A stretch of 46,864 bases of DNA, the filler included, from Sphacelaria rigidula (lineage: Eukaryota), in assembly GCA_964200075.2 (NCBI GenBank). It is 2 parts of 2 records of this genome, joined end to end, with 100 filler letters (N's around TTAATTAATTAA, not from the genome) between each part and the next. Parts side by side here need not be neighbours in the genome. Positions count along the whole stretch, not along the records: positions 1 to 23,388 come from CAXNAA020000265.1; positions 23,489 to 46,864 come from CAXNAA020000266.1. One strand, written 5' to 3'. The first letter of the stretch is position 1. Every line of letters starts with the position of its first letter. The position numbers and the translations under genes were made by a program. The notes under the pieces are model-generated. The model saw nothing but the letters and a program-made list of their open reading frames with translations, did no database searches and was not told the DNA's origin. Below are positions 11,801-23,600 of this stretch, one piece after another.

Positions 11801-14800
11801 CGCTTATACCCTGGAAAGAGGGAGTTTGCAGTGGAACATTGCCGCCGCAATAACCCTGGAAATGTGACTGTCAATGTCCACTGTCAGTCATAATCGACTG
11901 ACATCACTGTATATCGATAACTATTGTAGGCAACAATAGATGCCGGACAAGAGACGGAATGTATCGTTGCCGTGACAATGGAGTGGCCAAGTCGTCTATC
12001 GATGTATGTTATTCGTTACAACAAGCTCTCAATTGTGGCCGTCAGTGTCTACTGCTAATCGCAGTTGGATCTGCATTACGGCCACCAATACAAATTGCTG
12101 ATCACAATAGAATCGGAATCGCGGTCATTAATGTCTGTCGATGGTGACAGTACGACCTGAGTCGCAGCCACCAACATGTATTGCCGGCCACAGTAGGAGC
12201 TGATGACGTCGATCAATAGCCCCTGACACACATTCTTCGGTGGATGCTTCCGCCTTGGACAAAAGCTGTTGCCAGCTATCGCCTCAGGTAGTTACGTGTT
12301 CATGTGCTGGGATTATTGCCGTTGATGCCGTGAGACTACCGCATGTAAATGTCTTACTTGAAAACCTGTCGTTGGCGACGTAGGGTATCGATTGATACTC
12401 CCTACAATAGTTCACTTTTTTTTCGTCGCACTTTGAATCCTTTCTCTTATTCGGACGAGTCAGTGGTCTGACGGGATCAACCATCTCTCTCATCTATCTC
12501 ATCTCTCCCCAGGTACATGCCTTACTGCACTTTGGTCTCGCGGATTGGGTCATGACTATCAGCACTCCCGCACGGCGTCAACCCTCGTCAAAATAACCCA
12601 GTCAAGTCCTTTTTGTTTACTCACATACTGACGCTTTCGACGGTGGAATCAGATATTTCGAAGAAAAACACCAACGCATCCGAACCTTCGTTGTATCCAC
12701 CCCAGATGTTGACAACAGTCGAACCGTTACACCACCGGGGCGTCATTGTTGAGGGCAAATGCTATCGATAGATTGTTCACCGAATCTATTCATGGCGGCA
12801 ATGGTTGTCGATAGGTGGCTCACCAAATCTGTTAATGATGGCAATGGCTCTCGATAGATGGCTGATCAAACATATTCATGGCGGCGATGGCTATGGATAG
12901 ATACATCCCAGAATCCAGAGCAGTATAAGATGTGCATCGATGGCCAATTATCTTAGTCTGTTGTTTGCAATAGACACGCTTACAACATCTATTGTCACTT
13001 GCAATACATATCAATATGTGGAGCGAGCGTGAAAGAGGGACGGCAGCGACCGTCAAGGCTAGACGATGATTTTCCTCGTGTTACGTGGGCAAGGATTGAC
13101 CGTGGTCGACGTGTTCGGCGGTTGAATCACTCGGCACCGGATCAGGTCAGATGTAGGGAGAGTCATTCCCAGGGGGTTTGACGGTGGCTCTTTAGGTTGA
13201 GCTCATTATACCGGCAAGGTCCTGTTGCTTAGGGTCCCAGAGTCGGCTGCACAGATACGAGAGTTTCGGACCTCTCGAACAGTCTACGGTTGAGACTGCT
13301 CCTGTAACGGCCTTGTCTGGCTTACACGTCATATTAGAAATCTCTCCGCACATACAAAATAGCCACTTCCAAGAATACATGTGTTTTCCCCCAGCGTCCA
13401 TCCTCTGCGTCTATTATTGAAGCAATGGACAATTGTTGTGTACATGATCCAGAGTGTGGTCGATATGCATCACGGGGGGTGGTCGATCGTTCAGCATACC
13501 ATGCTGCCGTTCCTTCACGGTAACGAAACTCAGGTTGGCGAGCCGAACATTGCCCTGTGAAGCGAAGCTCGACGTCTGAGTGTATCAGCTTCCCGTGAAC
13601 TTCTAAAAGGCACAAGTCGACCACGGACTTGGCCCCCACTTGAACTGGGGACAGCATCATTCTCACCCCCCAAGCCCTGTGTGCTTGCCTTGTCGATCCG
13701 GAGGAGATAGCGCTAAGGGCGAACTGGTGACACCCACTGGAGCAGCACTGGTCCGCGTGCTTTCCTCGGAATTTGGAAGGCCGCCGCTTTTCACTCCGCA
13801 AGCCATTGGTTAGTTATGAGACAAGGAGTCGAATCTGAGCGTGCCGACCGTTTGTTCGGACTTGCGTCACGTTTCTTTTTCAGTTTGTGATTTCGGTTGT
13901 CGATGAGATGGATGTCTGTGGCATCATGGCGCCACACGCTCTCGTGATGAAGACCTGTGAGCCCGTAACCGACCTTGTTAGTTTTCCGGGGATTTTGTCG
14001 GCCGACAGTCCCGCATGTGTTTGGAGGAGGGTCGTTGTGGGCATCGATAGGCGCTAGATGGAGCTAGCCAGATACCACGAGTTCCACGAAAGTATGTGTG
14101 AAGCCAACAGGCGTGCAACAGCTGCTGTTGCCATGGTCGAGGGGAGCGGGGGGGTGGTGTGTGTTGTCATCCCATCTATTCGGGGCACCAGTTTACCCCT
14201 CTCGGTATATGTGGGCGCATCAGCCAGGGTGATACAGGGGTAGGCCAACACTTTTTTTTTTTGCTGGTGCACGTGGTCTTCCTCCCAATCTTGACACATT
14301 CATTCCTACTTCCTGTACTACTTGTACTGCCGATCATCGCTACCATTTATGACGTACTGATGTACTGTGCCGGTCGATCAATGTGCCACTGGCGGTGGTT
14401 TTTGCAGGACTGTTGCGACACACGCCATATGCGTGGCATCGAGCTTCTCGAAGCAGACGACTCTCCCGGAAAAAACTATTCCGAGCCACCCCCCGTGAGC
14501 CCGTCCATTTTGCATCCAAGGATCCGGGCGGTCAGATTAATGCTATTCCTTTGGCGAGCAGGGTGGGTCGTTGTCTGTTGATTCGGCATTATTTCCACTT
14601 GGAAAGTGAATGTGAGGCCCAGATGACCCACCCCAACGGTCAAACTCCTAGATGGCCAGCTCGAGTGTGAGCTGATGAGGGGAATTTTTTCTTCTCCGAT
14701 TTCGAATAATCTCGGGTGTCATTCTCCACGTGGGAAATCCTACAGTTTCCAGCGGATTGTTGTTTTTGTGTTTACGCCACACCTGACGCGCAGGTATTGG

Positions 14801-16690
14801 AGCAGGCACCAAAGACTTCGACAAACACCCCAACATCCTGAGGGTAATCGTGGGATCTTTAGCACCACCACCGAAGGCTGTGCAGCCACTTCCAGTCCAA
14901 GACATCACCGCTGGTGTCGCTGATGCCGGGACACAGGACTGGACTGCGCGGCAGCTGTGGATGCTGGAGGCTAACATTGATGACATGACGGGAGAGGTTG
15001 CGGGGTATTTGACGGAGAAATTGCTGGCAGGGGGCAGCCTTGACGCGTGGGTTAGCCCCGCCTTCATGAAAAAAAGTCGCCCGGCGTATACTGTTCACGT
15101 CCTGTGCGAACCTCAAGACCAAGAACGGTTTGTGCGCTTGCTCTTTGTTGAGAGTACCACTTTGGGGGTGCGGAGATATTCCGTAGATCGCTGCTCGCTT
15201 CGGCGAGAGACTGTGCCCTGTTCCACGACTTTTGGGGACGTGTCTGTCAAGGTGAGAGTTCTATGAGCTGGGCCAGCTTGAAAGCTGCTAAAACTTGCTC
15301 ACACCACAGCTTCCCCAGTTTCCCGAATGAACCCGATGTAAGCATATCACTGTGAAGTGTAGACCAACGTGGTGACACACGGTACCACCGCTGGATGAAA
15401 AAGAAGAAGAAAAAAATGTACTGCATAATGTATGACCTTAACGACGGACGAAAGAAAAAGAGAATCTGTCGGGATTCGAACTCATGACCTCCATAATTGG
15501 AGTCTCCCATCACTTGATTTACAGGGGTGCAGCAGCGTCACGGAATGTGTTGAACGCACGGCCCAATTCGACGAGTCTTGAGTTGAAATGTCAGGAAGAC
15601 ATTCTGCACCCAAGGAACTGATACTTCACGTGTCCAGCTGCAGATTCTCCTTTATTCTTGGACTTATGGCATCATCTTGTTTTTGCTGAAATTTCAAGTG
15701 CCCATAACTTTTTCTTCTCTTTTTTTATATTCTGGTCCCGTGATCTTCTGCATTTCGATCATTAAATGCTGCTGTGAAAATTTCAGCGTCCAACTCCTAA
15801 TATCGCGCCGTACGTCGCCTGAGCGAGATTCACACCTACTCTTGGCTGGCCCAGCCCGTACGGCTTTTCGGGATGTTCCCTGTCGTGGTCGTCTCGTGGG
15901 GGTTTCTTTTTCTTGTTATTCAGGCAACATCTGCTGATCCAAAGGAACGTTCGTCGCTGCGCTGGACTTTTTTCTCGTTTGGATGTTTTCGCTTGTTACT
16001 GTGCCCCACTTTAATTTGTCGTGCTCGTCTACTTGTTGACACCATTGCCGCGTTTCCGCATGCCTGCATGGCGCTCCCGTGTGCCGAAAAAATGCCCGAG
16101 CGGTCTGCGAGACCCGTCCACCTTGTGTCACATCTAACGCGCAAAGTCAAAAACAGTAACGCGCACGGCTTCCTGCTACTCCCTGTGTTTTGTCGTTGTG
16201 CCAGGTGGCATGGCTGGATGACAAGCCCGTCAACTGCAAGCCGGAGTACGAAGATTGTAAGGTAAAATCAGCGGTAGAACTTTCGTGTTTGACCCTGTAC
16301 CGCCCTGGAGATTACGCGTTTCATTTGTCGACCTATCTGTAGCAAGGTATCCTCTGACATGAACAAAATATTCACAACGTCGCCGGGCGGATGGCTCTAC
16401 AGCCACGTGTGTACAAAAAGCATGAAGTGGTGCGGCTCGCCCCCGGAGTGGCGATGGTTGCGCATGAAAGGGAGCTCAAGCAAATTCCTATTGCATGCGT
16501 ACACTTGGAGTGGGTGGAGAGTAACTGTGACTTGAAGCGAATACTCGCGCGACATGAACTTTGCTGCTACCGTTTGTGCACCCGTTGGGCGTTGCAGGCA
16601 TTGGCCGCTGTGGCAGGTGTGTCTCTACAAGTGGTCATGGATGCAGCGCGGGCGGCGGCACAGACTTCGATTGCCGGGCAGGCATCCTGA
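5825..16690 (+). CDS. larC: Nickel-pincer cofactor biosynthesis protein LarC (nickel insertase), complete 10-exon gene, 497 aa
   Basis: Exons 5825-5896, 8195-8290, 8757-8994, 9894-10063, 10465-10581, 10946-11040, 13711-13808, 14794-15251, 16205-16261 and 16598-16690 join with consistent phases into 1494 nt. LarC motifs: [23 protein letters not shown], a His-rich tract, [86 protein letters not shown]. Confidence 0.93.
6218..6596. mobile_element. TA-flanked (Tc1/mariner-like) MITE, compound, in larC intron 1
   Basis: TA|TACCACCCC ... GGGGTGGTA|TA, with an additional internal left end TACCACCCGCGTATGATAAC near 6410. Confidence 0.6.
7136..7625. repeat. Dispersed ~480-bp repeat, copy 2 (larC intron 1)
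   Basis: Alignable by eye to 15386-15870 (TTAACGACGGACGAAA...GATTCGAACTCATGACCTCCAT..TGGAGTCTCC) and to 320-760. Confidence 0.75.
8195..8290 (+). CDS. larC: larC exon 2
   Basis: tacag|[32 protein letters not shown]|gtgagc. Confidence 0.87.
8757..8994 (+). CDS. larC: larC exon 3 (His-rich)
   Basis: tacag|[16 protein letters not shown]...DHDHTHDH...[20 protein letters not shown]..., ending at probable GC donor AG|gcaagt (phase 1). Confidence 0.82.
9894..10063 (+). CDS. larC: larC exon 4
   Basis: cacag|..[36 protein letters not shown]|gtgtgt. Confidence 0.9.
10195..10337. repeat. Dispersed ~140-bp repeat; second copy at ~12539-12680
   Basis: Both copies read CGCGGATTGG...ACTCCCGCAC..CGTCAA..CTCGTCAAA...CCCAGTCA...TTCGAAG.AAAA. 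Confidence 0.65.
10465..10581 (+). CDS. larC: larC exon 5
   Basis: ccag|[39 protein letters not shown]|gtcagt. Confidence 0.92.
10946..11040 (+). CDS. larC: larC exon 6
   Basis: tgcag|[31 protein letters not shown]|gtgagc (phase 2). Confidence 0.92.
11122..13010. mobile_element. CACCCTGGAC-started element(s) in larC intron 6 with 43-bp periodic arrays; interrupted, right end not identified
   Basis: Starts CACCCTGGACGATAGACGATAGAC. Units of CTATTG-N8-aatgGCTATCGATAGat-N12 lie at 11190-11535 and 12743-12965. Confidence 0.65.
13711..13808 (+). CDS. larC: larC exon 7
   Basis: gatag|(S)[32 protein letters not shown](G)|gttagt. Confidence 0.9.
14794..15251 (+). CDS. larC: larC exon 8
   Basis: cgcag|(G)[20 protein letters not shown]...[11 protein letters not shown]...FMKKSRPA...ESTTLGVRR...FGDVSVK|gtgaga. 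Confidence 0.93.
15386..15870. repeat. Dispersed ~480-bp repeat, copy 3 (larC intron 8)
   Basis: Homologous to 7136-7625. Its 3' part (15740-15870) is near-identical to 23641-23770. Confidence 0.78.
16205..16261 (+). CDS. larC: larC exon 9
   Basis: ccag|[19 protein letters not shown]|gtaaaa. Confidence 0.9.
16598..16690 (+). CDS. larC: larC exon 10 (terminal)
   Basis: tgcag|[30 protein letters not shown], matching the typical LarC C-terminal helices. Confidence 0.85.
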   Translation, partial: ALAAVAGVSLQVVMDAARAAAQTSIAGQAS

Positions 16691-18211
16691 GCTTCTACTT
16701 GGCTTGATAGAATATTTTTGGTAGAGGGGGGAGGGAGGGAGGGAGGGGATAACAGACTTGCCCGACTTCTGTGGCGTTTGAAACAGGAAATGCGGGTAAT
16801 AGGAGGCTTCAAAAATGATATCTTGTCATGTACCGTATGAGACAAAATTAGTTCAGTCTTTGCCCTGTCGAAGGTTAGCTTGGAAGAAGACAACAGAGTG
16901 CCGCTGCATTCTGTCGCTTCCTGGCCCGGAGGCGTTCTGACGTTTCGGAACAGTACTCAGGGCTATCATGTTAGCTTCGCAACTCGTTCAGAATTCCCCA
17001 CTCCCAGGTGTACCTACAAACACAAAACACAACCAGCCTTGGGCACCTCCGACAGACACACCTCCCCGAAAAACAGGGCAAAAGTGCATGCCATATGTCA
17101 CGGCTCAAGACTGTCCCATGGCGATGAGGTGTAGCTCATGGCGAATTTGCGAATGCTTGCAAGTGTTTCTCAACGTCGAAGTAAGTGTACGAAAATTCCG
17201 AGGCCAAGTACAGTGGGCGGCAGCAGCGAACCCGTAGGCTGGCTTCACCAACTGCTCTGCCCAAGAATGTGTCTGCGGTGTAAACGGGACAGCATCAAAG
17301 AAGCAGCACGAAAAGTAGGTCCCTGCAACCGTATAGCCGACCTGGATTGCGCTGCCCGCTTTCATCGCACTCACTTCACCACTTTACACTACTATCCTGG
17401 GACACCAAGTACGACCTGGTGGTGGTATTGTTGGCGGTTTCGTACAAAAATCGAGATTTTGAACCTGAATTCTTCCCCGCTTCCGCTGGAAATTGGTGGA
17501 GGTTTGGCTGACATAAAGGCGACGGCGAGACCTATTTCAGCTCCGAATTCATCATCGTTCAAAGGCTATGACCAAGGCGAATATCGGGGGGAAATAGCCG
17601 CAGTATTATACGCCGTACTGTCTCAGATTTTCATTATCTTTGGAGGCTGGTTCACTCGAGGTTCGAAAATTGGAACCTTCAATTTTTGAGGAGAGGGGCG
17701 CATCAACCAGCAACCGTTAGAATGCCATGCCTGCTGGTGTTTTTTAGTTAACATGATATTTATTTTAGAAATTCCCTTACAGAAAATGGGCCCAACACCT
17801 CTAAAACATACACACGTGAACAGCCTAAACTGGAAAATGGGGCTCATTTATCAAATGAGCCTCATGTACTCCAGGATTTCCGTTTGATTTTCCCCAAATA
17901 GTTGCAGCGGAAGCGTTTTCGGCCAATCACACGTACTTCCGAAATTGATTTTCGCGAACTTCCGTAACCATCCATCCTCGAACAATCTTTTTCATTAATT
18001 AATAATGAATTTAACTATAGATACTTATGTTAGTCAATTAATAAATTCAAGATTTTCGGATAGTTGATAGATGGTCGGTCGGGATGAGAAATGTATTTTA
18101 CTTTTCGCATAGTAAGGAGAAGACTATATAATACATATGTATCGGGAAAACAAACACATTTTTTTTCAGGCAGTTCCTCATGGCAAACAAGGAGGGAAGC
18201 TCTGTAAAAAA

Positions 18212-19228
18212 TCCTTCTCCGTCGTTTTATGCCCTAAAAGAGAGCTAACACTGACGCTAATCCTAACCTACTCTACTCGTTGAGACGGTTTTAGGCGGTA
18301 GTGTTCAACACTTCTTTGATAAGAACATTCCCGGAAATTTATCACTTGCTTTGAGTGTAAACACCGATATTCGGATCTTTGGATGGGCTGGCAGCCCCAC
18401 AAATGCCCCTAGCGTGCGCAGAACGCATTTTCGTCCAAATCGGCGCCTGCGGCGCCGATTTGAGGTCTGCCAACGCCACACCCTGCCTAAGGAACGCTTT
18501 GCATCCCTCTCGCCCGAAGATTCTCGGTATGCCGTGGGTTGGGGTTAGGATTAGCGTCAGTGTTAGTTCGAAATAATATGTTTCCAAGAAATTTTACAAT
18601 CGAACAAGTGATGAACACACAACAATCCTCTCGTGAGATTGAGGGTAAAGCGCTGATTGAGAGTGGCTCTAATCACTCGCTTTAACTCGGCCAATTTTTC
18701 ATTCCGTGCGCGCTTTTCTTTGCCTTCATCACTGGCGTTTGCTTACAGCTACACGTCGATATCGTACTCAGGGATTTCAAGGGCCTCGGTGGCAAGCTAA
18801 TACATACAGAGAGCATATCGGGCCTCCTCGTGGAGGGGCGTTTCGCCATTGAAACGATCTATTCACTGATTGACCGTTTTTCGCTCTTATTCGTATCCTT
18901 TAACCTCATTCTCTCGAAACCGTTGTTACACCTCGTTCCAGAACATCTCCGCGTTTTTCGGTGGCGGCAATTTTTAGTTTGACCAAACTTGCATTTTTGT
19001 CCAGAGATGGTCAAGTCCGGAGAAAAATGGCAGTTGCTTTCTAGATCTGACCATTCTTGCCCGTCTTCAGACACAAGTGCAAATTCGGTCAGAATAAAAA
19101 ATGCTGCCACCGGAAAACACGATGATGACCTGGAGAGCCATTTCAACGAGTAAAGCAAGCCATTCCAACGTGTGAAATAAGTCCGCCTACTGTAGCTCTC
19201 TTTTAGGGCATTAAACGGCGAAGAAGGA
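18212..19228. mobile_element. Nested inverted-repeat element(s)
   Basis: Outer ~36-bp arms at 18212-18247 and 19193-19228 share the core ATGCCCTAAAAGAGAGCTA. Inner perfect 24-bp arms at 18245-18268 and 18543-18566. Confidence 0.65.
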
Positions 19229-21041
19229 CCGAGGAGGCATCCCTGTAGATTACACCACCAGGGGTTTCCAGCAACTTTCTATTTGTGTCTCGACGCGTAC
19301 GTTGACGACCGCGGGGAACAACCTCTCAGCGAGATTGAGAGTGGCTTCGGTCACTCGCTTCAATATCGTCACTTCTTCGTTCCGTGTGACCTTTTCTTTG
19401 CTCACGTCACTGGCGTGTGCTTACAGCTACACGTCGATATTCTATTCGGGGATATCAAGGGCCTCGGTGGCAAGCCACTGCAGAAAGCGTACCGAGCGTC
19501 GTGGATGGGAATTTCGGAACTGGAACGATGCGTTCGATGTTTGGTCGTTTTCTACCCTCGATCGTATTCTCCACCACCAATCTTACGATAAGATTGTTGG
19601 GGGTACGTCATATGTGGAATCGGTTTCAATCCCATCTGAAATGATTTGCGTGATCCAGATTGGCCAGACGCAACGCGATCGAGGGGTCAAACCACGATCA
19701 AGGTATACGGTTATCACGAAGATGTGCAACTTGTAGGGAGTGGAGGAAAGAACTTGCATTCGCCTGTTCAAAATCTCAAGAGTAAAAGGCAAAGGATGGC
19801 CGCATTGCCGGGGAGTCACTTCGATGCTTCCGGGACAGATCTCATTGTTGACATTCCAGTCTTCAATTTCATCCTTCCATCACCGGACAACAATATGGAA
19901 AGATTCATAGAATTGACCGTGTCCTTCCTTCCTCAAAGTGCCGATCACACGGTCCGGACGGTAACCCGATAGTACTTTAGATTCATGGACGTTTCCGCGA
20001 ACAGTTCGGAAAAATGAGTTCCGAGTGCATCAAAGCTCGTCCACCCTGAAACTGCAAGCATGTTCGCTCGAAATTGAGGCAAGTTCTCGGCTAGTGGCTA
20101 CATTCGAACATCGACCTGATACTGCAGAGCCGATATTTCACTAATTGTAGCAGAGCAGGCACACGTCTCTCAAGTGATCCTGGCCCTCGATAGACACCGA
20201 AAAAAACCTATGGTGTGGCGAACCGGGCTTCCATCCGTGCAATTAGCACCAAAAAATCAATTGTAAGAGCCAGTAGTGACGCCAACATTCGAATTTCGAC
20301 CGTATTCGCGAGAAGGGAAAATTACATGCCAAATGCTTCCCTGACTCCTCACGCCTCCATCTTTCTTGTTTCTACAGAAAAAATAGGTTCGCAATCGTGA
20401 CAGAGTAATCATGCAACCGTCGGAAAGTAGCGACGGCAACATGCCGTTGCAATTGGCACTCCAACTGGTCGTCAAAAACTGCTTTTATGACCCGTGATAT
20501 TTGGCACTTCATGTAAATTTTGACGATCATCGTTGCCCTCATCTGTACACATACGCGATATATTTTGTACACATTTTAATTCAACGCCTCGTACACGGGC
20601 ACGTTTTTTCGTTGTGGTGAAAGCACACACAACGCAGCGACAAAATACGGAAGTCTAACCTCCCGCACATACACACTGGCCGAACGCACGTGAAAATGGT
20701 CAAGACGCTTCTTTTTTTGCATGCTTACAGTTTGTATATCTACCGTCAGCAACAGACACATGGCCAGAGAGAAAACAACTAGAAGACAGAGTTACACACC
20801 GGGCCGAGCCAGACACGGATTCCACTCATGTCAACAACCATCACGTACGAATCCTTATCTCCAAGCCTCCAACGCGTCAGGAATCCATTCGGGGTGATGA
20901 GAAGAAGAGCCTCTGCGCACACGTAGGTCACAATCGTAGCCAATTGCCTGTTCAACCCAACTGACAGCGGTGTTCAGACACATAAAAAAAAACTCGACAA
21001 AAAACGCACGAAGACTTCTCTACAAGACTCTCAATAATCAT

Positions 21042-21449
21042 CTAAAAGAAGTCAGCGAAAGGCGCCTGGAAAGGAAGCTTCGCTTTGTCCGACTCCAGGC
21101 CTGTGTACATCTCATAGGGCGCGGTGTCCACGTTCTCCTCGATCATCATGAGTGCAAGCTCTTCCTGAGTTACGGTGTCTTGGTCGAGCAACTTCTGCGC
21201 CAACTTCTCGAGAAGATCCCGGTTGTCGCTCAGAATCTTCTTGCCGCGGAGGTACGCCTGGTTCACGATTCGCTCCGCCTCCTTGTTGGCCCTCTGGGAC
21301 ATGGGCGCCGACCAATAATCCCCCTGGTGGTTGTCGTAACCCATGTTGATGACGTGAGGACCAATCTCGTCGCTCATGCCCCACTGTGCCACCATTTGGT
21401 ACGCCATGTTCGCCACCTGTTGGAAGTCGTTTGATGCACCGGTGGTTGC
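21042..21449 (-). CDS. ftsH: Terminal exon of an FtsH ATP-dependent metalloprotease (peptidase M41 C-terminus), probably plastid-type
   Basis: Polypyrimidine tract and ttccag| acceptor, then ATTGASNDFQQVANMAYQMVAQWGMSDEIGP...AYLRGKKILSDNRDLLEKLAQKLLDQDTV. Upstream exons were not found before the linker. Confidence 0.9.
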   Translation of the reverse strand, partial: ATTGASNDFQQVANMAYQMVAQWGMSDEIGPHVINMGYDNHQGDYWSAPMSQRANKEAERIVNQAYLRGKKILSDNRDLLEKLAQKLLDQDTVTQEELALMMIEENVDTAPYEMYTGLESDKAKLPFQAPFADFF

Positions 21450-23388
21450 CTGGAAGTAGAATTGGAGAAAAGGGAGGAATGAAGAGAGGAGTTGGAGAGA
21501 AACGGGGGAGGGCAGACGTTGGCGATCAGATATTCCATACTGAATCACAATACCGTTTGGAGAACCGTATTTCAAGATTGATGCAAGTGCATCATACGCT
21601 CAAAGAGGAAGCGTCTGATTTGTCCCGGTGGGACATTGCCCAAACTCAAGTCTAGAAAATATGTCGGTGAATATTCATATCCGCAGTCAACAGGGGAGAC
21701 GTTGGAGGAACACAACGCGACAACATGCAAATATCGCCATGTTCCACCTTGAATGCCGACCCGTTCACTACACAATCCATGAGGCGAATAGGATGCGAGC
21801 GACATATACTGGGGCAGCATGTCGACGTACGCGCGGGGCGCCGGGTTGTCCCCTGTCGACATGTATTACTGGGTGGCAGGGGACGTCATGCCCTCGACTC
21901 GGAGCGAGTACTTGCATGAGGGATACACTCATTACTCATATCATACTTCCTGGTCATTCGGTAGAATTACATTACACACCAAGAGATGACCTGGGTTGAT
22001 TGGCGCAACCTCTTCGGAGTTGGTAGATGGAAACAAAAAATATGACAAGATTTCGAATGGGAGTTGGGGGCTCGAAGAGCCTATATATGCCTGCGCTGTC
22101 ACAAGCATGAGCAAGATTCCAAGAAAAAAATCATCTTACACTTGGCATTTGTGCAGAGAATCATGTAATTCAGAAGCCGACATTTTACGTGCAAGCTGGT
22201 CGTGCCCGCCGAATGATCGAAGGCACCACCTCATGAGGAGTCAGAGGTTGGAGAATCGGTGAGTCGGCGATTTTGATACAACTCTCCAGTTCACGAACAT
22301 TTCATACATGAAAAACCTGGGACGGGAGAGCTCAAGCATGGGGGCGCAGCACACGCCCGTTTGTGCGATTGTGTACAAATTTCCAAACTGTATGGGCTCG
22401 GACGATCTCAGCTCAGGCTTTTTGTCGGAACTGTCACCACTGTAGCGGACACTCGGAGCAAGCAGACGGGGACTCCAGGGACTCTGCACACGGACGAGAC
22501 GTTCAAATCAATCTTCCCCCCATCGTATTTTTAAAAGCTTGTTGAAAGTATTTCTGACATGTATCTCGTCATCATTTTGTTCTACAGTTGGATGCAGCTA
22601 CTGCGCAATTCTGTACCGTACGCTCGTGCGCTGGTTCGTGTGTACTAACCCCATTCCTTATCAACCTGAAAAAATACCAAGAATGTATGCGTTCGTTGCC
22701 CTCTCCTTCGTGGCACTGATGCAAGAGCTCCGTGTTTCGGTTTTAGATTGGCGAAGGACGAGAGCTTTGTAAAAAAAAATGAAAATCTTCACGTGGTGGT
22801 CGTGGCAGGTGGCAGGTGGCACGCACGACCGCATTGTGGGGTCAGCAGCGGGCACGCCTTTTATCGATACTTAACCCGGAATATTATCGACTGAAAGTAG
22901 CTCACACACGCCAACTCTTCTTGGGCTCACGGCGACCACTTCATTTTACCCTAAAAACATCCGTATTTTGACATAACTGAGAAAAAGTCGAATGTGGAGC
23001 GGTTGATGATATCAAGCTAAAGTTGGGACCATCGACCTCTCCCAAGTTGACTCGTTCTCTGCCATGCTAGAAATAGGATATCCCGAAAAATATCACGGTT
23101 AAAGTGGCGGTAGAAGAATACACTCTCGCTGTTGGGCCCAGCTCACGATCGTGCGTGCATCAGCCGCGACTCAACCAAGAGTGTTGATAATACAACGCTC
23201 CCGTCTTTCGCCAGGAAAATACCAAAGCGCGGGATTCGTTTATCAGTGACACGGAGGGAACAGTTGCGAAGGGATCAATGTTCAATACTTCTGCGGGGGG
23301 GGGGGGGGGGGGAACTCATTTTTTTTTTGCTTGAGCGATTTGGCCTTTGACCCCGCACCCCTTTCGAGGGCGGGCACCAGGGGGGGGG

Positions 23389-23488
23389 NNNNNNNNNNNN
23401 NNNNNNNNNNNNNNNNNNNNNNNNNNNNNNNNTTAATTAATTAANNNNNNNNNNNNNNNNNNNNNNNNNNNNNNNNNNNNNNNNNNNN
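23389..23488. other. Artificial contig linker or gap: N44-TTAATTAATTAA-N44
   Basis: Exactly 100 bp, symmetric, with a 12-mer that gives stop codons in all six frames. Confidence 0.95.
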
Positions 23489-23600
23489 CACCGGGAGGGA
23501 GTCGTGTCCTGGCGCTTTCCAGTTGTGCATCCCCCGGACTGCTCGTCTAGTTTCCTTCAGTGTTGGTGCTGCCCCGAGCGGTACTGAATCCCCAATGCCT
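23489..23600 (-). mobile_element. LINE (RTE-like) ORF2 fragment, truncated by the contig end
   Basis: Translation PLGAAPTLKETRRAVRGMHNWKAPGHDSLP matches the pre-RT KAPGxDxxP motif of non-LTR elements. Confidence 0.75.

Noticed and set aside
18535-18566. Telomeric repeat
   Set aside because: Only degenerate TTAGG-like hexamers forming one arm of an internal inverted repeat.
19230-20570. Possible decayed transposase on the minus strand
   Set aside because: The composition looks coding-like, but all frames contain stops and I could not identify a diagnostic motif.
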